From an uncultured Oscillospiraceae bacterium (GTDB taxonomy: Bacteria; Bacillota; Clostridia; Oscillospirales; Acutalibacteraceae), in assembly GCA_902478605.1 (NCBI GenBank), contig CABSLQ010000021.1, positions 1-45,210 of the forward strand: a DNA stretch of 45,210 nt, given 5' to 3'. The notes beneath the pieces are model-generated. The model ran no database searches. It saw only the letters and a list, made by a program, of their open reading frames with translations, and was not told the DNA's origin. The translations under genes were made by a program, and so were the position numbers. This document shows positions 19,561 to 29,315 of this stretch, one piece after another (positions within the stretch are counted from its first letter, which is position 1; each line of letters starts with the position of its first letter).

Positions 19561-21765
19561 TTATACGCCGCTGCGCTCCACCGATTCCACGCCGGGAATC
19601 TTCAGCAGGCGGTTGACCACGCTCTGCAGATGGTCGAGGCTGTTGACACCGACCGTCAGGCTCATAGAGGCATAGTCGTCCTGCGGTTCGCGGGCGTTGA
19701 TGGCGTGGATCATCACGTGCATGGACGCCAGCTGGTTCGTTACGTCGGCGAGCAGGGCGTGCCGGTTGTGCGCGGTGAGATGGATGGTGGCCTTGAACTC
19801 CTGCCTGATGTCGTTTTCCCAGTGCACATGCACCCATCGGTCGGGCTCCGCCGCTTCTTCGATGACGCGGGGAACGTTGACGCAGTCCCGCTTGTGTATG
19901 GACACGCCGTAGCCCCGCGTGATAAAACCGATGATCGGATCCCCCGGCACCGGGTTGCAGCAGCGGGCAAATTTGACCAGGCAGTTGTCCATGCCGTCGA
20001 TGATAACGCCGCCGTTGTTGTGATGCTTGGCCGGCGCCGTGACCAGCTTTTCGGGCGGTACCGTTTCCTCCGCCTTGGCGATTTTTAGATAATCCTCCTT
20101 CATCCGGGGGATGATGCGGGAAAGCAGCACGCCGCCGTAGCCGATCGCGGCGTAAAAGTCGTCCAGCGTCGCGCAGTGCTGCTTTTTGCTCTGCGCCAGG
20201 AGGAATTCCTGCATTTTATCCTCGGGCAGCCGGATATAATTCCGGTTCAGCTCGCGCTCGAGGTCGGCGCGGCCCTGCTGAATATTCTCGTCCCGGCGCT
20301 CGTTCTTGAACCAGGCGCGGATCTTGTTGCGCGCCTCGCCCGTGCGCACGATATTCAGCCAGTCGCGGCTCGGCCCGTGACCGGGCGCGGAGGTGGTGAG
20401 CACCTCCACGATTTCGCCCGTCTTGACCTGATAATCGAGCGGGACGATGCGGCCGTCCACCTTGGCGCCCACCATGCGGTTGCCCACGGCCGAATGAATG
20501 GCATAGGCGAAATCGATCACCGTCGCGCCCACCGGCAGGGTGATGACGTCCCCCTTGGGGGTGAAGACAAAGACGTCGTCGCTGGAGAGATCCGTCTTGA
20601 TGCTGCGCACGATATCCTCGGCGTCGTCCACGTCCTTCTGGTTCTCGATGAACTGCCGCACCCAGGCAAGGCGCTCCTCCAGCTTGTCCTTGCGCTGGAT
20701 GCCCAGCTTGTATTTCCAGTGGGCGGCGATGCCGTATTCCGCCGTGTAATGCATCTCCCAGGTGCGGATCTGCACCTCAAAGGGGATTTTCTCCTTGCTG
20801 ATGACGGTGGTGTGCAGCGACTGGTACATGTTGGATTTCGGCGTGGAAATATAGTCCTTGAAGCGGTTGGGGATGGGGCGGAACATGTCGTGGATGATGC
20901 CCAGCACGTTGTAGCAGTCGTTGACCGTATCCACGATGACCCGCACCGCGTAAATATCGTAAATCTCTTCAAAGGCCTTTCCCTGCATGAACATCTTGCG
21001 GTAAATGCCGGTGATGCTCTTGATGCGGCCCGCCACATACGGGTGCAGATCGAATTCCGCCAGCCGTTTCCGGATACGCTCCTGTATGCTCTCGAGGAAG
21101 GCGTTGCGCTCCCCTTCCCGCAGGGCGAGCGCCTCCTCGATCTCGTGATACGCGACATTGTCCAGAATGCGCAGCGAGAGATCCTCCAGCTCCTCCTTGA
21201 CGGCGCGAATACCGAGCCGGTGGGCGAGAGGGGCGAAAATGTCCATGGTTTCCTTCGCCTTGTCCCGCTGCTTCTGCGGATCCCAGGCGGCGGCGGTACG
21301 CATGTTGTGCAGCCGGTCGGCCAGTTTGATGATGATGACGCGGATGTCCTGAGACATGGCCAGCAGCATCTTGCGCACGTTTTCCGCCTGCTGCTCCTCC
21401 CGGGTGGAAAAGGGGATTTTATTGAGCTTGGTCACCCCGTCCACCAAGTTGGCCACCTCGGTGCCGAACTGCTTTTTCACATCGGCCAGCTCGACGGCGG
21501 TATCCTCCACCACGTCGTGGAGGATGGCCCCCACGATGGTTTCGCTGTCCATCCCCAGGTCCACTAGGATGCAGGCCACCTGCAGCGGGTGGCAGACGTA
21601 TTCCTCCCCCGAATGCCGGCGCTGTCCCTCATGCGCCCGGCAGGCGAGCTGAATGGCCCGATCCACCGCGTCCAAATCGTACTGTTTTTCGCTTTTCATA
21701 ATGCGGCGCTTGAGTTCGACAATCACGTCTTCCGCCCGCAGCTCCGCGCCCATTTGTCGATCCAT
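19561..21765 (-). CDS. relA: bifunctional (p)ppGpp synthetase/hydrolase (RelA/SpoT family)
   Basis: 734 aa; HD, RelA-SpoT synthetase, TGS and ACT domains are all recognisable. Confidence 0.97.
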   Translation of the reverse strand: MDRQMGAELRAEDVIVELKRRIMKSEKQYDLDAVDRAIQLACRAHEGQRRHSGEEYVCHPLQVACILVDLGMDSETIVGAILHDVVEDTAVELADVKKQFGTEVANLVDGVTKLNKIPFSTREEQQAENVRKMLLAMSQDIRVIIIKLADRLHNMRTAAAWDPQKQRDKAKETMDIFAPLAHRLGIRAVKEELEDLSLRILDNVAYHEIEEALALREGERNAFLESIQERIRKRLAEFDLHPYVAGRIKSITGIYRKMFMQGKAFEEIYDIYAVRVIVDTVNDCYNVLGIIHDMFRPIPNRFKDYISTPKSNMYQSLHTTVISKEKIPFEVQIRTWEMHYTAEYGIAAHWKYKLGIQRKDKLEERLAWVRQFIENQKDVDDAEDIVRSIKTDLSSDDVFVFTPKGDVITLPVGATVIDFAYAIHSAVGNRMVGAKVDGRIVPLDYQVKTGEIVEVLTTSAPGHGPSRDWLNIVRTGEARNKIRAWFKNERRDENIQQGRADLERELNRNYIRLPEDKMQEFLLAQSKKQHCATLDDFYAAIGYGGVLLSRIIPRMKEDYLKIAKAEETVPPEKLVTAPAKHHNNGGVIIDGMDNCLVKFARCCNPVPGDPIIGFITRGYGVSIHKRDCVNVPRVIEEAAEPDRWVHVHWENDIRQEFKATIHLTAHNRHALLADVTNQLASMHVMIHAINAREPQDDYASMSLTVGVNSLDHLQSVVNRLLKIPGVESVERSGV

Positions 21766-21790
21766 GCAACATTCCGGCCTTTCTATCCCG

Positions 21791-23830
21791 TTACCCTATG
21801 TTCCGCAGCCGCCGCATCAGCGGCGTGGCCTCCAGCTCGGCCTTTCCCTGCACCGGCAGCACCTTCAGGGACAGACGCCCGCCCTGATCTTCCAGCGCGA
21901 TGAGTCCCGCCTGCCGGAACACCTCCAGTGCCAGGCACAGCGGCAAAAACTCCATCGGCTCGCCGTCGGCCGCCGCATGGGCCAGCTGCTCAAGCGTCCC
22001 GGTCCAATCGCCGGCGCGGCGCAGAGCCCGATACAGCCGCCCGCACAGCTCTCTGTCCGGGATCTGCTCCTCCGGCGGCAGCCACTCGCCCCGGCAGAGC
22101 CGTGCGTATCCGTCCAGCGCCGCGATCAGCTTCTCCTGATCGGTGTCGGCATACCGCATATCCTGGATAATGGCCGTCACCTGGGTCTGCCCGTGAAATT
22201 CACTTTTGTCCAGCGTCACCGCCAGATGATATACCGCCCCAATCTGCACGGGGCATTCCTCTTTGGTTGTATGAAATTTCAGCGCCCGTATCTGGGTACC
22301 GTCCCGCTCAAAGGTCAGGCGCAGATGCTTATCCTGCCCGATTGGCACGATCGACTGCAGCCGCATCTGATACAGGCCGAAAACCGGCGCGGCATTGCCC
22401 GTCCCGCAGGGTTCCAGCGCCGCGAGCAGATCGAGCTTTTCCCCGTCGATCTGCGACGGGCGCATGCGGAAATCAATATGCAGCTCGGCCACCGGCATCA
22501 CCGGGCAAACCTGCGCAGCGTAGGCGTTGATTTTCTCCCGGAAGCCTTCCACCCTGCCCGCCTCCAGCGTCAATCCCGCCGCCAGCGCGTGTCCGCCGTA
22601 GGCGGTCAGCTCTTCCCGGCAGGCGCGCAGCGCCTCAAACAGCGGGAAGCCCGGCAGGCTGCGTCCGGAGCCCCGGGCCGCGCCGTCCTGCACCGTCAGC
22701 ACGATGCAGGGCCGGCCGAACCGTTCGAGCAGGCGGGAGGCGAGAATGCCGAGCACCCCCGGATGCCAGCCTTCCCCCTGCACGACGAGCACCCGATCGT
22801 CCAGCAAGGCCGGCTGCTGCCGCAGAGCCGCAAGAATCTGTTCAAGAATGGCGGCCTCGGTTGTCTGCCGCTGCATATTGAGCCGCTGGATCTCTTCGGC
22901 AAGGGACAGAGCCTGCGCATCGTCCTGCGCCAGCAGCAGTTGTGCCGCCTTCTCCGGGCTGCCCATGCGTCCCGCCGCGTTCAGGCGGGGCGACAGGGTA
23001 AAAACCGCCGAGGTGGCGGTGATTTTCTTATCCTTTATACCGGCGACCTCCGCCAGCCGGGCGAGGCCAGGTCGCCGCCGCGCATTCAGCACGCGCAGAC
23101 CCGCGCGCACCAGCCGGCGGTTCTCGCCCCGCAGCGGCATTACATCGGCCAGGGTGCCCAGGGCCACCAGATCGCCGTAATCCTCCAGCAAGGCATCCAC
23201 GTCGCCGTCCAGCGCACACAGCAGCTTAAACGCCACGCCGACCCCCGCATATTCTTTGAACTGGCTGCCGCAGTCGTCCCGGTGCGGATCCACCACAGCC
23301 ACCGCGGCGGGCAGCGTTTCCTGCGGCTGATGGTGGTCGGTGATGATCACCTCCATGCCGCGGGACGCGGCATAGGCCGCCTCTTCGCATGCGGCAATGC
23401 CGTTATCCACCGTGACGAGGAGGCGCACCCCCTGTTCGGCCAGCCGATCGATGGCCTCGCGGTGCAGGCCATAGCCCTCTCCTTCCCGTTCGGGAATGTA
23501 ATACACCACGTCGGCACCCCGTCCGGCCAGATACTGGTACAGCAAGGCGGTGGCAGTTACGCCGTCCGCGTCATAATCGCCGTAAACCGCAATGCGTTCA
23601 TACTCGTCGATGGCACGCTGCAGGCGTTCCACCGCCAGATCCATGTCCGCAAAGGCAAAGGGATCGTCCTCCAGCTCCCCGTCGATCAGAAAGTCGGCCG
23701 CTTCCTCCGGCGTGGTTATGCCCCGCGTGGTGAGCAGCAGCGCCAGAAAGGGATGCATTTCGCATGCCTGTGCCAGTTCGGCCGCCAGCGCGCCGTCCGG
23801 TTCGGATACAATCCATCGTTTGACCTGCAT
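21791..23830 (-). CDS. recJ: single-stranded-DNA-specific exonuclease RecJ
   Basis: 679 aa; DHH (VYGDYDADGVTA, ITDHH) and DHHA1 domains plus a C-terminal OB region. Confidence 0.93.
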   Translation of the reverse strand: MQVKRWIVSEPDGALAAELAQACEMHPFLALLLTTRGITTPEEAADFLIDGELEDDPFAFADMDLAVERLQRAIDEYERIAVYGDYDADGVTATALLYQYLAGRGADVVYYIPEREGEGYGLHREAIDRLAEQGVRLLVTVDNGIAACEEAAYAASRGMEVIITDHHQPQETLPAAVAVVDPHRDDCGSQFKEYAGVGVAFKLLCALDGDVDALLEDYGDLVALGTLADVMPLRGENRRLVRAGLRVLNARRRPGLARLAEVAGIKDKKITATSAVFTLSPRLNAAGRMGSPEKAAQLLLAQDDAQALSLAEEIQRLNMQRQTTEAAILEQILAALRQQPALLDDRVLVVQGEGWHPGVLGILASRLLERFGRPCIVLTVQDGAARGSGRSLPGFPLFEALRACREELTAYGGHALAAGLTLEAGRVEGFREKINAYAAQVCPVMPVAELHIDFRMRPSQIDGEKLDLLAALEPCGTGNAAPVFGLYQMRLQSIVPIGQDKHLRLTFERDGTQIRALKFHTTKEECPVQIGAVYHLAVTLDKSEFHGQTQVTAIIQDMRYADTDQEKLIAALDGYARLCRGEWLPPEEQIPDRELCGRLYRALRRAGDWTGTLEQLAHAAADGEPMEFLPLCLALEVFRQAGLIALEDQGGRLSLKVLPVQGKAELEATPLMRRLRNIG

Positions 23831-24023
23831 AACCGCCGCCTCCTTTCCCGGTTTTCCGAATGCCTATCTCATCTTCTATATATACGCAGTATTTTATTTT
23901 ATCATTTTTCCGTCCAATATTCAACACGTTTCCCATAAATGCCCCATGGCATCGGGCCATCCCCCGCTCCGCTGGGGTTTTATTTATCTAAAGCAGTGCA
24001 CACCATAACATTAAACAAAAAAG

Positions 24024-24052
24024 TTGACAAAATAAAGAACTTATGATATTAT
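24024..24052 (+). promoter_or_regulatory. consensus sigma-A promoter of the secreted-protein gene
   Basis: TTGACA (24024-24029), 17-nt spacer, TATTAT (24047-24052). Confidence 0.55.
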
Positions 24053-24144
24053 TTTTTGTGTAAGTATGGAAAACAGGGAGTTCCCCCTGTGCAATTAATT
24101 TTCAAGTTATGGCACGATTGTGTTGAAAGAAGGGTGGATACAGA

Positions 24145-24714
24145 ATGAAACTGAAAAAGATCGTTTCCCTCCTTTCCGTTCTGGGAACAGCCTTGGTTTG
24201 CACGTCCCCGGCCGCGGTGGTTTCCGGCGAGGCATCCATCGATACCCGATACCATCATGCCTTTGCGGAACCGTTTCTCGCAGAATACGCGCCCGCCGCA
24301 CACGGCGGCCTCTACTTTGATGAAAACGGAACATTGGTGGTCAATGTTTTGCCAGATGCCGCATGTAACAACAAAATTGTGGAAACGGTTACAAAGCAAA
24401 TGCCCATTAAAGCAGGGACGCATGTATATCGTTCAACCGACTCCAGAAAGAGGGTGGAGATTAAAACCGTGACGCATTCCTATCAGGAGCTTCTCGATGC
24501 TTTTCATATCCTGTCGGACAATATGATACGGCTTGGTATTCAAAGCGTCGCGATACGGGAAGCGGAAAACGTTGTCCTTGTTATCCCAGAGCCCGGCGGC
24601 CATGCCTCCTTACAGAAAGAAATCGACACGCTTGTCGATTCGAATGTGGTAAAAATTGACTATTCAATTGAAAACAGTCCTTCCGAGCAAAGGATGAAGC
24701 ATGTTTTTACATAA
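24145..24714 (+). CDS. hypothetical secreted protein (type I signal peptide)
   Basis: 189 aa; N-terminal signal peptide MKLKKIVSLLSVLGTALVCTSPAAVVSG. GC is visibly lower than its neighbours. It has its own promoter and terminator. Confidence 0.6.
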   Translation: MKLKKIVSLLSVLGTALVCTSPAAVVSGEASIDTRYHHAFAEPFLAEYAPAAHGGLYFDENGTLVVNVLPDAACNNKIVETVTKQMPIKAGTHVYRSTDSRKRVEIKTVTHSYQELLDAFHILSDNMIRLGIQSVAIREAENVVLVIPEPGGHASLQKEIDTLVDSNVVKIDYSIENSPSEQRMKHVFT

Positions 24715-24747
24715 AAATAACCCCGGAACGGAAGTTGTCCCAGTATA

Positions 24748-24789
24748 AGACAGGAGCCTGCCCGAAGAGACAGGCTCCTGTCTTTTTTA
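24748..24789 (+). terminator. rho-independent terminator
   Basis: AGACAGGAGCCTG / CAGGCTCCTGTCT stem followed by TTTTTT. Confidence 0.75.
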
Positions 24790-24808
24790 ACGGTTTTCAG
24801 GCCGCGTT

Positions 24809-25672
24809 TCATTCCTCTTCTTCCAGCTGCTTGCGGCAGCCGATCAGCGCCTTTTTCTGTTCCTCGCTGACCGCGGGGTACTGCGGATTGAGCTTTTCCA
24901 GCACATCGACCACAATCTCCGAAATCAGCAGGCGGGCAAACCATTTTTTATCCGCCGGGATCACGTACCACGGCGCTTCCTTGGAGGCGGTGGCGTTGAT
25001 GCAATCCTCATACGCCGCCATGTACTCGTCCCAGTGGGCCCGCTCCGCAATATCCGCCGACGAGAATTTCCAATTTTTCGCCTCATCGTCGATGCGGGCG
25101 AGAAACCGCTTTTTCTGCTCTCCTTTGGACAGATGCAGATAGAACTTGACCACCGCCGTGCCGTTTTCGGTCAGATACCGCTCGTAATCGCGCAGCTGGC
25201 GATACCGCTTCTTCCAGATGTCTTCCCCCAGGCAGGCGGCGGGCAGCTTCTGCTTCCACGGCAGGCCGTGCACCTTGCCCACCAGCACCTCCTCGTAATA
25301 CGATCGGTTGAAGATGCCGATGTTGCCCCGCTCGGGCAGGCGCTGGTGCACCCGCCAGAGATAATCGTGATCCAGCTCCTCGGCCGAGGGCTGCTTGAAG
25401 CTGTACACCTGCACGCCCTGGGGGTTCAGCCCGCTCATCACGTGCTTGATGGCCCCGTCCTTGCCGGCCGAATCCATCGCCTGGAACACGAGCAGCAGCG
25501 CCTGCCTGTCCTGCGCGTAAAACCGATCCTGCAGCGCGGCCATCCGCTCCACATTGCGGCGCAGCCGCTTGGCCGCCTCCTCCTTGCCGGCGAAGCCGTC
25601 GGTATCCGCCGGATCGATCGCCGTGATGGAAAAGCTTTTCTGCTTGGTAAACCGGTATTGTTTAATATCCAT
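24809..25672 (-). CDS. polyphosphate kinase 2 family protein (polyphosphate:nucleotide phosphotransferase)
   Basis: 287 aa; Walker A-like SAGKDG and the NRSYYE motif of PPK2. The start ATG directly abuts the hflX stop (TAGATG). Confidence 0.9.
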   Translation of the reverse strand: MDIKQYRFTKQKSFSITAIDPADTDGFAGKEEAAKRLRRNVERMAALQDRFYAQDRQALLLVFQAMDSAGKDGAIKHVMSGLNPQGVQVYSFKQPSAEELDHDYLWRVHQRLPERGNIGIFNRSYYEEVLVGKVHGLPWKQKLPAACLGEDIWKKRYRQLRDYERYLTENGTAVVKFYLHLSKGEQKKRFLARIDDEAKNWKFSSADIAERAHWDEYMAAYEDCINATASKEAPWYVIPADKKWFARLLISEIVVDVLEKLNPQYPAVSEEQKKALIGCRKQLEEEE

Positions 25673-26986
25673 CTATTGTCTCCCCTCCAACTGTTTTTCT
25701 GCTTGATTTTTTGCTGGATCCGCCTGCACTTCCTGCTCGACGATATACTCCCGCACGCTTTCGAGCAGCCGCGTCCCGAGCGTCACCGTCATATCCAGCC
25801 CTTCGGGCACATATGCCTCCGCCTCCACCGCCCCCTCGAGGCGGCACCGCTGCGCCAGTCCGCCCTGCGAAAAGGGCAGCAGCAGACGCACCCGCCGCCG
25901 ATCGGGAGGCAGCGCGGCGGCCACCGCTTCCAGCAGCGCTTCCAGACCCTCGCCCGTGCGCGCGCTGATGCGCAGCGCCCCCGCCGGCAGGGCCCCGAGC
26001 GTTTCGGCCGGGGCGGCGTCGCATTTGTTGAACACCGCGAGCACCGGCCGGTCGGTACAGCCCAGCGCGGTCAGCAGATCCTGCGTCACGGCAAGATGCT
26101 CCCCCGCTTCGGGGCTGGACGCGTCGCAGAGGTTCAGGATCACGTCCGCCTCCACCGCCTCCTCCAGCGTGGACCGAAAGGCCTCCACCAGATGATGGGG
26201 CAGCCGGCGTACAAACCCGACCGTATCGACGAGCAGCACCTCCCGGCCGTCGGGCAGCTTAAGCGCCCGCGCCGTAGGATCCAGCGTGGCGAACAGCTTA
26301 TCCTCCGCGAGCACCCCCGCGTCGGTCAGCCGGTTGAGCAGGGTGGATTTGCCCGCATTGGTGTACCCGACGATGGCCACCGTGCGCACCCCGTCCTTCT
26401 GCCGGCGGGCCCGGCGGCGTTCCCGCTGTCCTTCCACCTCGCGCAGCTGCGCCTTGAGCGCGCCAATGCGCCGGCGGATATGCCGGCGGTCGTTTTCCAG
26501 CTTGGTTTCGCCCGGTCCGCGCGTGCCGATGCCGCCGCCCAGCCGGGACAGCGCCGTCCCCTGCCCCGCCAGCCGCGGCAGCCGGTACTGCAGCTGCGCC
26601 AGCTCCACCTGCAGGCGCCCTTCCGCCGACCGCGCGCGGCCCGCAAAAATATCCAGTATCAAGGTCGTGCGATCCACCACCCGGCAGGGCAGCGCATCCT
26701 CGATGTTGCGGTGCTGGGTGGCGGACAGCTCGCAGTCGAAGATGACCAGATCCGCCCCCGTATTTTCGCACAGCAGCGCCAGCTCCTCCAGCCGCCCGCT
26801 GCCGATGCAGGTTGCCTTGTCGGGCGCTTCCCGCTTCTGCACAAGCCGCCCCGTCACCTGCGCCCCCGCCGTGCGGGCCAGCTCCTCCAGCTCGTCGAGC
26901 GAGCTCTCCACATCAAATTCCCCGGTGTCCACCGACACCAGCAGCGCGGTCTCCCGCGTTTCCCTGTCCTGCAGATTCGTTTCCAA
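25673..26986 (-). CDS. hflX: GTPase HflX
   Basis: 437 aa; HflX N-domain, G-domain (GYTNAGKSTL, DTVGF, NKCD) and a C-terminal domain. Confidence 0.93.
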   Translation of the reverse strand: METNLQDRETRETALLVSVDTGEFDVESSLDELEELARTAGAQVTGRLVQKREAPDKATCIGSGRLEELALLCENTGADLVIFDCELSATQHRNIEDALPCRVVDRTTLILDIFAGRARSAEGRLQVELAQLQYRLPRLAGQGTALSRLGGGIGTRGPGETKLENDRRHIRRRIGALKAQLREVEGQRERRRARRQKDGVRTVAIVGYTNAGKSTLLNRLTDAGVLAEDKLFATLDPTARALKLPDGREVLLVDTVGFVRRLPHHLVEAFRSTLEEAVEADVILNLCDASSPEAGEHLAVTQDLLTALGCTDRPVLAVFNKCDAAPAETLGALPAGALRISARTGEGLEALLEAVAAALPPDRRRVRLLLPFSQGGLAQRCRLEGAVEAEAYVPEGLDMTVTLGTRLLESVREYIVEQEVQADPAKNQAEKQLEGRQ

Positions 26987-27187
26987 ATGGCTCTCCTCTT
27001 CCCTGTAAAATCGACTGCGAAGCCGACGACAATAGTATACCCGTTTCCTTGTGCATTGTCCATAGTATGGCCCCCGCTTTTTCGGGAAAATTCAGCGTGG
27101 AAAATGCACCGTACTCTGGCAAATTCCAATGGAAATGTGATACAATAGAAGCGGAAGCGACATTATTTGACAAGATAGAGGGGAAGA

Positions 27188-28342
27188 GTGAAATTGTCAC
27201 AAAAACTGACCAGTGAAACGATCTTCGACCAGCAGGACAAGGTGGCGCCGCTGAGCCTCATCGCTCTGGAAAGCGCCCGGGAACTGGGAGAAAAAATCAA
27301 CGCGCATCTGACCGAATGGGCCCATAAGAGCGGCCGCACCGACAACACCTTCATGGTGGAAGCGGAATGCCCGCGGTTTTCCTCCGGCGACGGCAAGGGC
27401 CTCATCAAATCCAGCATTCGCGGCGACGATTTGTTTATTCTGGTGGACGTCGGCAACTACAACTGCACCTATAAGATGTTCGGCCGGGAGAACGCCATGT
27501 CCCCTGACGACCATTACGCCGACCTCAAGCGCATCATCCAGGCCACGAGCGGCAAGGCCCACCGCATCAATGTCATCATGCCGATCCTCTACGGCGGACG
27601 GCAGCACCGCCGCAATTACCGGGAGTCACTCGACTGCGCCGTCGCGCTGCAGGAGCTGCAGAGCATGGGCGTGTCCAACATCGTCACCTTTGACGCCCAC
27701 GATCCCCGCGTCAACAACGCCATCCCCCTGATGGGCTTTGACAACGTCATGCCCTCCTATCAGGTGCTCAAGGCGCTCTTCCGCGCCGTGCCCGACCTGC
27801 TTCCCGACCGCGATCACCTGATGATCGTCAGCCCCGACGAAGGCGCCATGAACCGCAACATGTATTATGCCTCCTGCCTCGGCGTGGATCTCGGCATGTT
27901 CTACAAGCGCCGCGATTATTCCACCGTGGTCAACGGACGCAACCCCATCGTTGCCCACGAATACCTGGGCAATTCGGTGGAAGGCAAGGATATTTTCATT
28001 GCGGACGACATCATCGCCTCGGGCGAATCCATGCTCGACATCGCCTACGAGCTCAAGAAACGCAAAGCGGGCCGCATCTTTACATATGCGACCTATGCCA
28101 CCTTCACCACCGGCCTGGACAACTTCGACAAGGCGGTGGCGGACGGCGTGGTCACCGGCGTGTTCGGCACCAACCTGACCTACCGGTCGCCCGCCCTGCT
28201 GGAGCGTCCCTGGTTTCACGAGGTGGACGTGTCCAAATACATCGCGTACTTTATCGCCGCGCTCAACCACGACGTATCGGTGAGCGTCATCATCGATCCC
28301 CATGAGAAGATTAAACAGCTGCTGGCTTCCCGCGTAAAATAA
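27188..28342 (+). CDS. ribose-phosphate pyrophosphokinase family protein (atypical long Prs paralog), GTG start
   Basis: 384 aa. N-domain …CPRFSSGDGKGLIKSSIRGDDLFILVDVG… (cf. Prs RFSDGE…VRG.DVFIIQS). Catalytic region TFDAHDPRVNNAIP and PRPP-binding loop FIADDIIASGESM. Longer than canonical class I Prs (about 315 aa). Confidence 0.7.
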   Translation: MKLSQKLTSETIFDQQDKVAPLSLIALESARELGEKINAHLTEWAHKSGRTDNTFMVEAECPRFSSGDGKGLIKSSIRGDDLFILVDVGNYNCTYKMFGRENAMSPDDHYADLKRIIQATSGKAHRINVIMPILYGGRQHRRNYRESLDCAVALQELQSMGVSNIVTFDAHDPRVNNAIPLMGFDNVMPSYQVLKALFRAVPDLLPDRDHLMIVSPDEGAMNRNMYYASCLGVDLGMFYKRRDYSTVVNGRNPIVAHEYLGNSVEGKDIFIADDIIASGESMLDIAYELKKRKAGRIFTYATYATFTTGLDNFDKAVADGVVTGVFGTNLTYRSPALLERPWFHEVDVSKYIAYFIAALNHDVSVSVIIDPHEKIKQLLASRVK

Positions 28343-28368
28343 GGGAAGCCGGCGGGAAGGGAGCCGCC

Positions 28369-29274
28369 ATGAACCCCACCGATTTTATCGCCCAGTATAA
28401 GCGGGAGCACCGGGCGGTCGTCGCGGCGCATACCTACCAGGCACCCGCCGTGCAGGCATGCGCCGATATCCTCGGCGACAGCTTCGCCCTCGCGCAGAAG
28501 GCCGCCGAAACCGACGCCGACACCGTGTTTCTCTGCGGTGTGCGCTTCATGGCGGAGGGCATCAAAATCCTCTGTCCGGACAAGCGGGTCGTGCTCGTCG
28601 AGCCGACCGCCGACTGCCCCATGGCGCGGCAGATCGATCCGCAGCGGGTGGTCGATTTCCGCCGGGAACACCCGGATTACGCCGTCGTCGCGTATGTCAA
28701 CACCACGGCACAGCTCAAAGCGGTGTCCGACGTGTGCGTGACCTCCTCCTCGGCCGTCAAAATTGTGCGCGCCCTGCCGCAGACGCACATTCTGTTTCTG
28801 CCCGACAAAAATCTCGGCGCTTTCGTCGCCTCCCAGGTGCCCGAAAAGCACATCGTCACATGGGAGGGGTACTGCCCCGTACATAATGCGCTGACGGTGC
28901 AGGACGTGCTGGACGCCAAGGCGGCCCACCCCGGCGCCGCCGTCGCCATGCACCCCGAATGCCCGCCCGACGTGCTCGCCCTTGCGGACATGAAGGGCTC
29001 CACCGCCGACATCATCCGGTATATCCGCGGAACGACGGGCGAGGTGCTCGTCGCGACCGAACGCGGCGTGGTCGACCGGCTGTCTGCCGACTACCCCGGC
29101 CGCTTGTTCCAGGTCGGGGGCGAAACGCTCACCTGCCCCGACATGAAAATCACGACGGTGGATTCGCTCGCCGCCGCCATGGCGGGCAAGGGCGGCGAGG
29201 ATATGCAGCTGGACGGCGCCCTCATGGACGCCGCGCGCAGCAGCCTGGTGCGGATGATCGAGCTGGGTGCCTAA
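28369..29274 (+). CDS. nadA: quinolinate synthase NadA
   Basis: 301 aa; NadA family with three conserved Cys (…TADCPMA…, …EGYCPVH…, …TLTCPDM…). Confidence 0.93.
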   Translation: MNPTDFIAQYKREHRAVVAAHTYQAPAVQACADILGDSFALAQKAAETDADTVFLCGVRFMAEGIKILCPDKRVVLVEPTADCPMARQIDPQRVVDFRREHPDYAVVAYVNTTAQLKAVSDVCVTSSSAVKIVRALPQTHILFLPDKNLGAFVASQVPEKHIVTWEGYCPVHNALTVQDVLDAKAAHPGAAVAMHPECPPDVLALADMKGSTADIIRYIRGTTGEVLVATERGVVDRLSADYPGRLFQVGGETLTCPDMKITTVDSLAAAMAGKGGEDMQLDGALMDAARSSLVRMIELGA

Positions 29275-29315
29275 CCACGGAAACAACCAAGGAAAAAGAA
29301 AGTAGATGCATCGGC

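Noticed and set aside
20176-23938. Plus-strand ORFs of 463 aa (20176..21567) and 761 aa (21653..23938)
   Set aside because: Antisense to relA and recJ respectively.
25034-27148. 704-aa plus-strand ORF
   Set aside because: Antisense to ppk2 and hflX.
28959-29315. N-terminal extension of the nadB ORF in the track
   Set aside because: The extension overlaps the nadA 3' end in another frame. The canonical FAD-binding N-terminus begins at ATG 29316.
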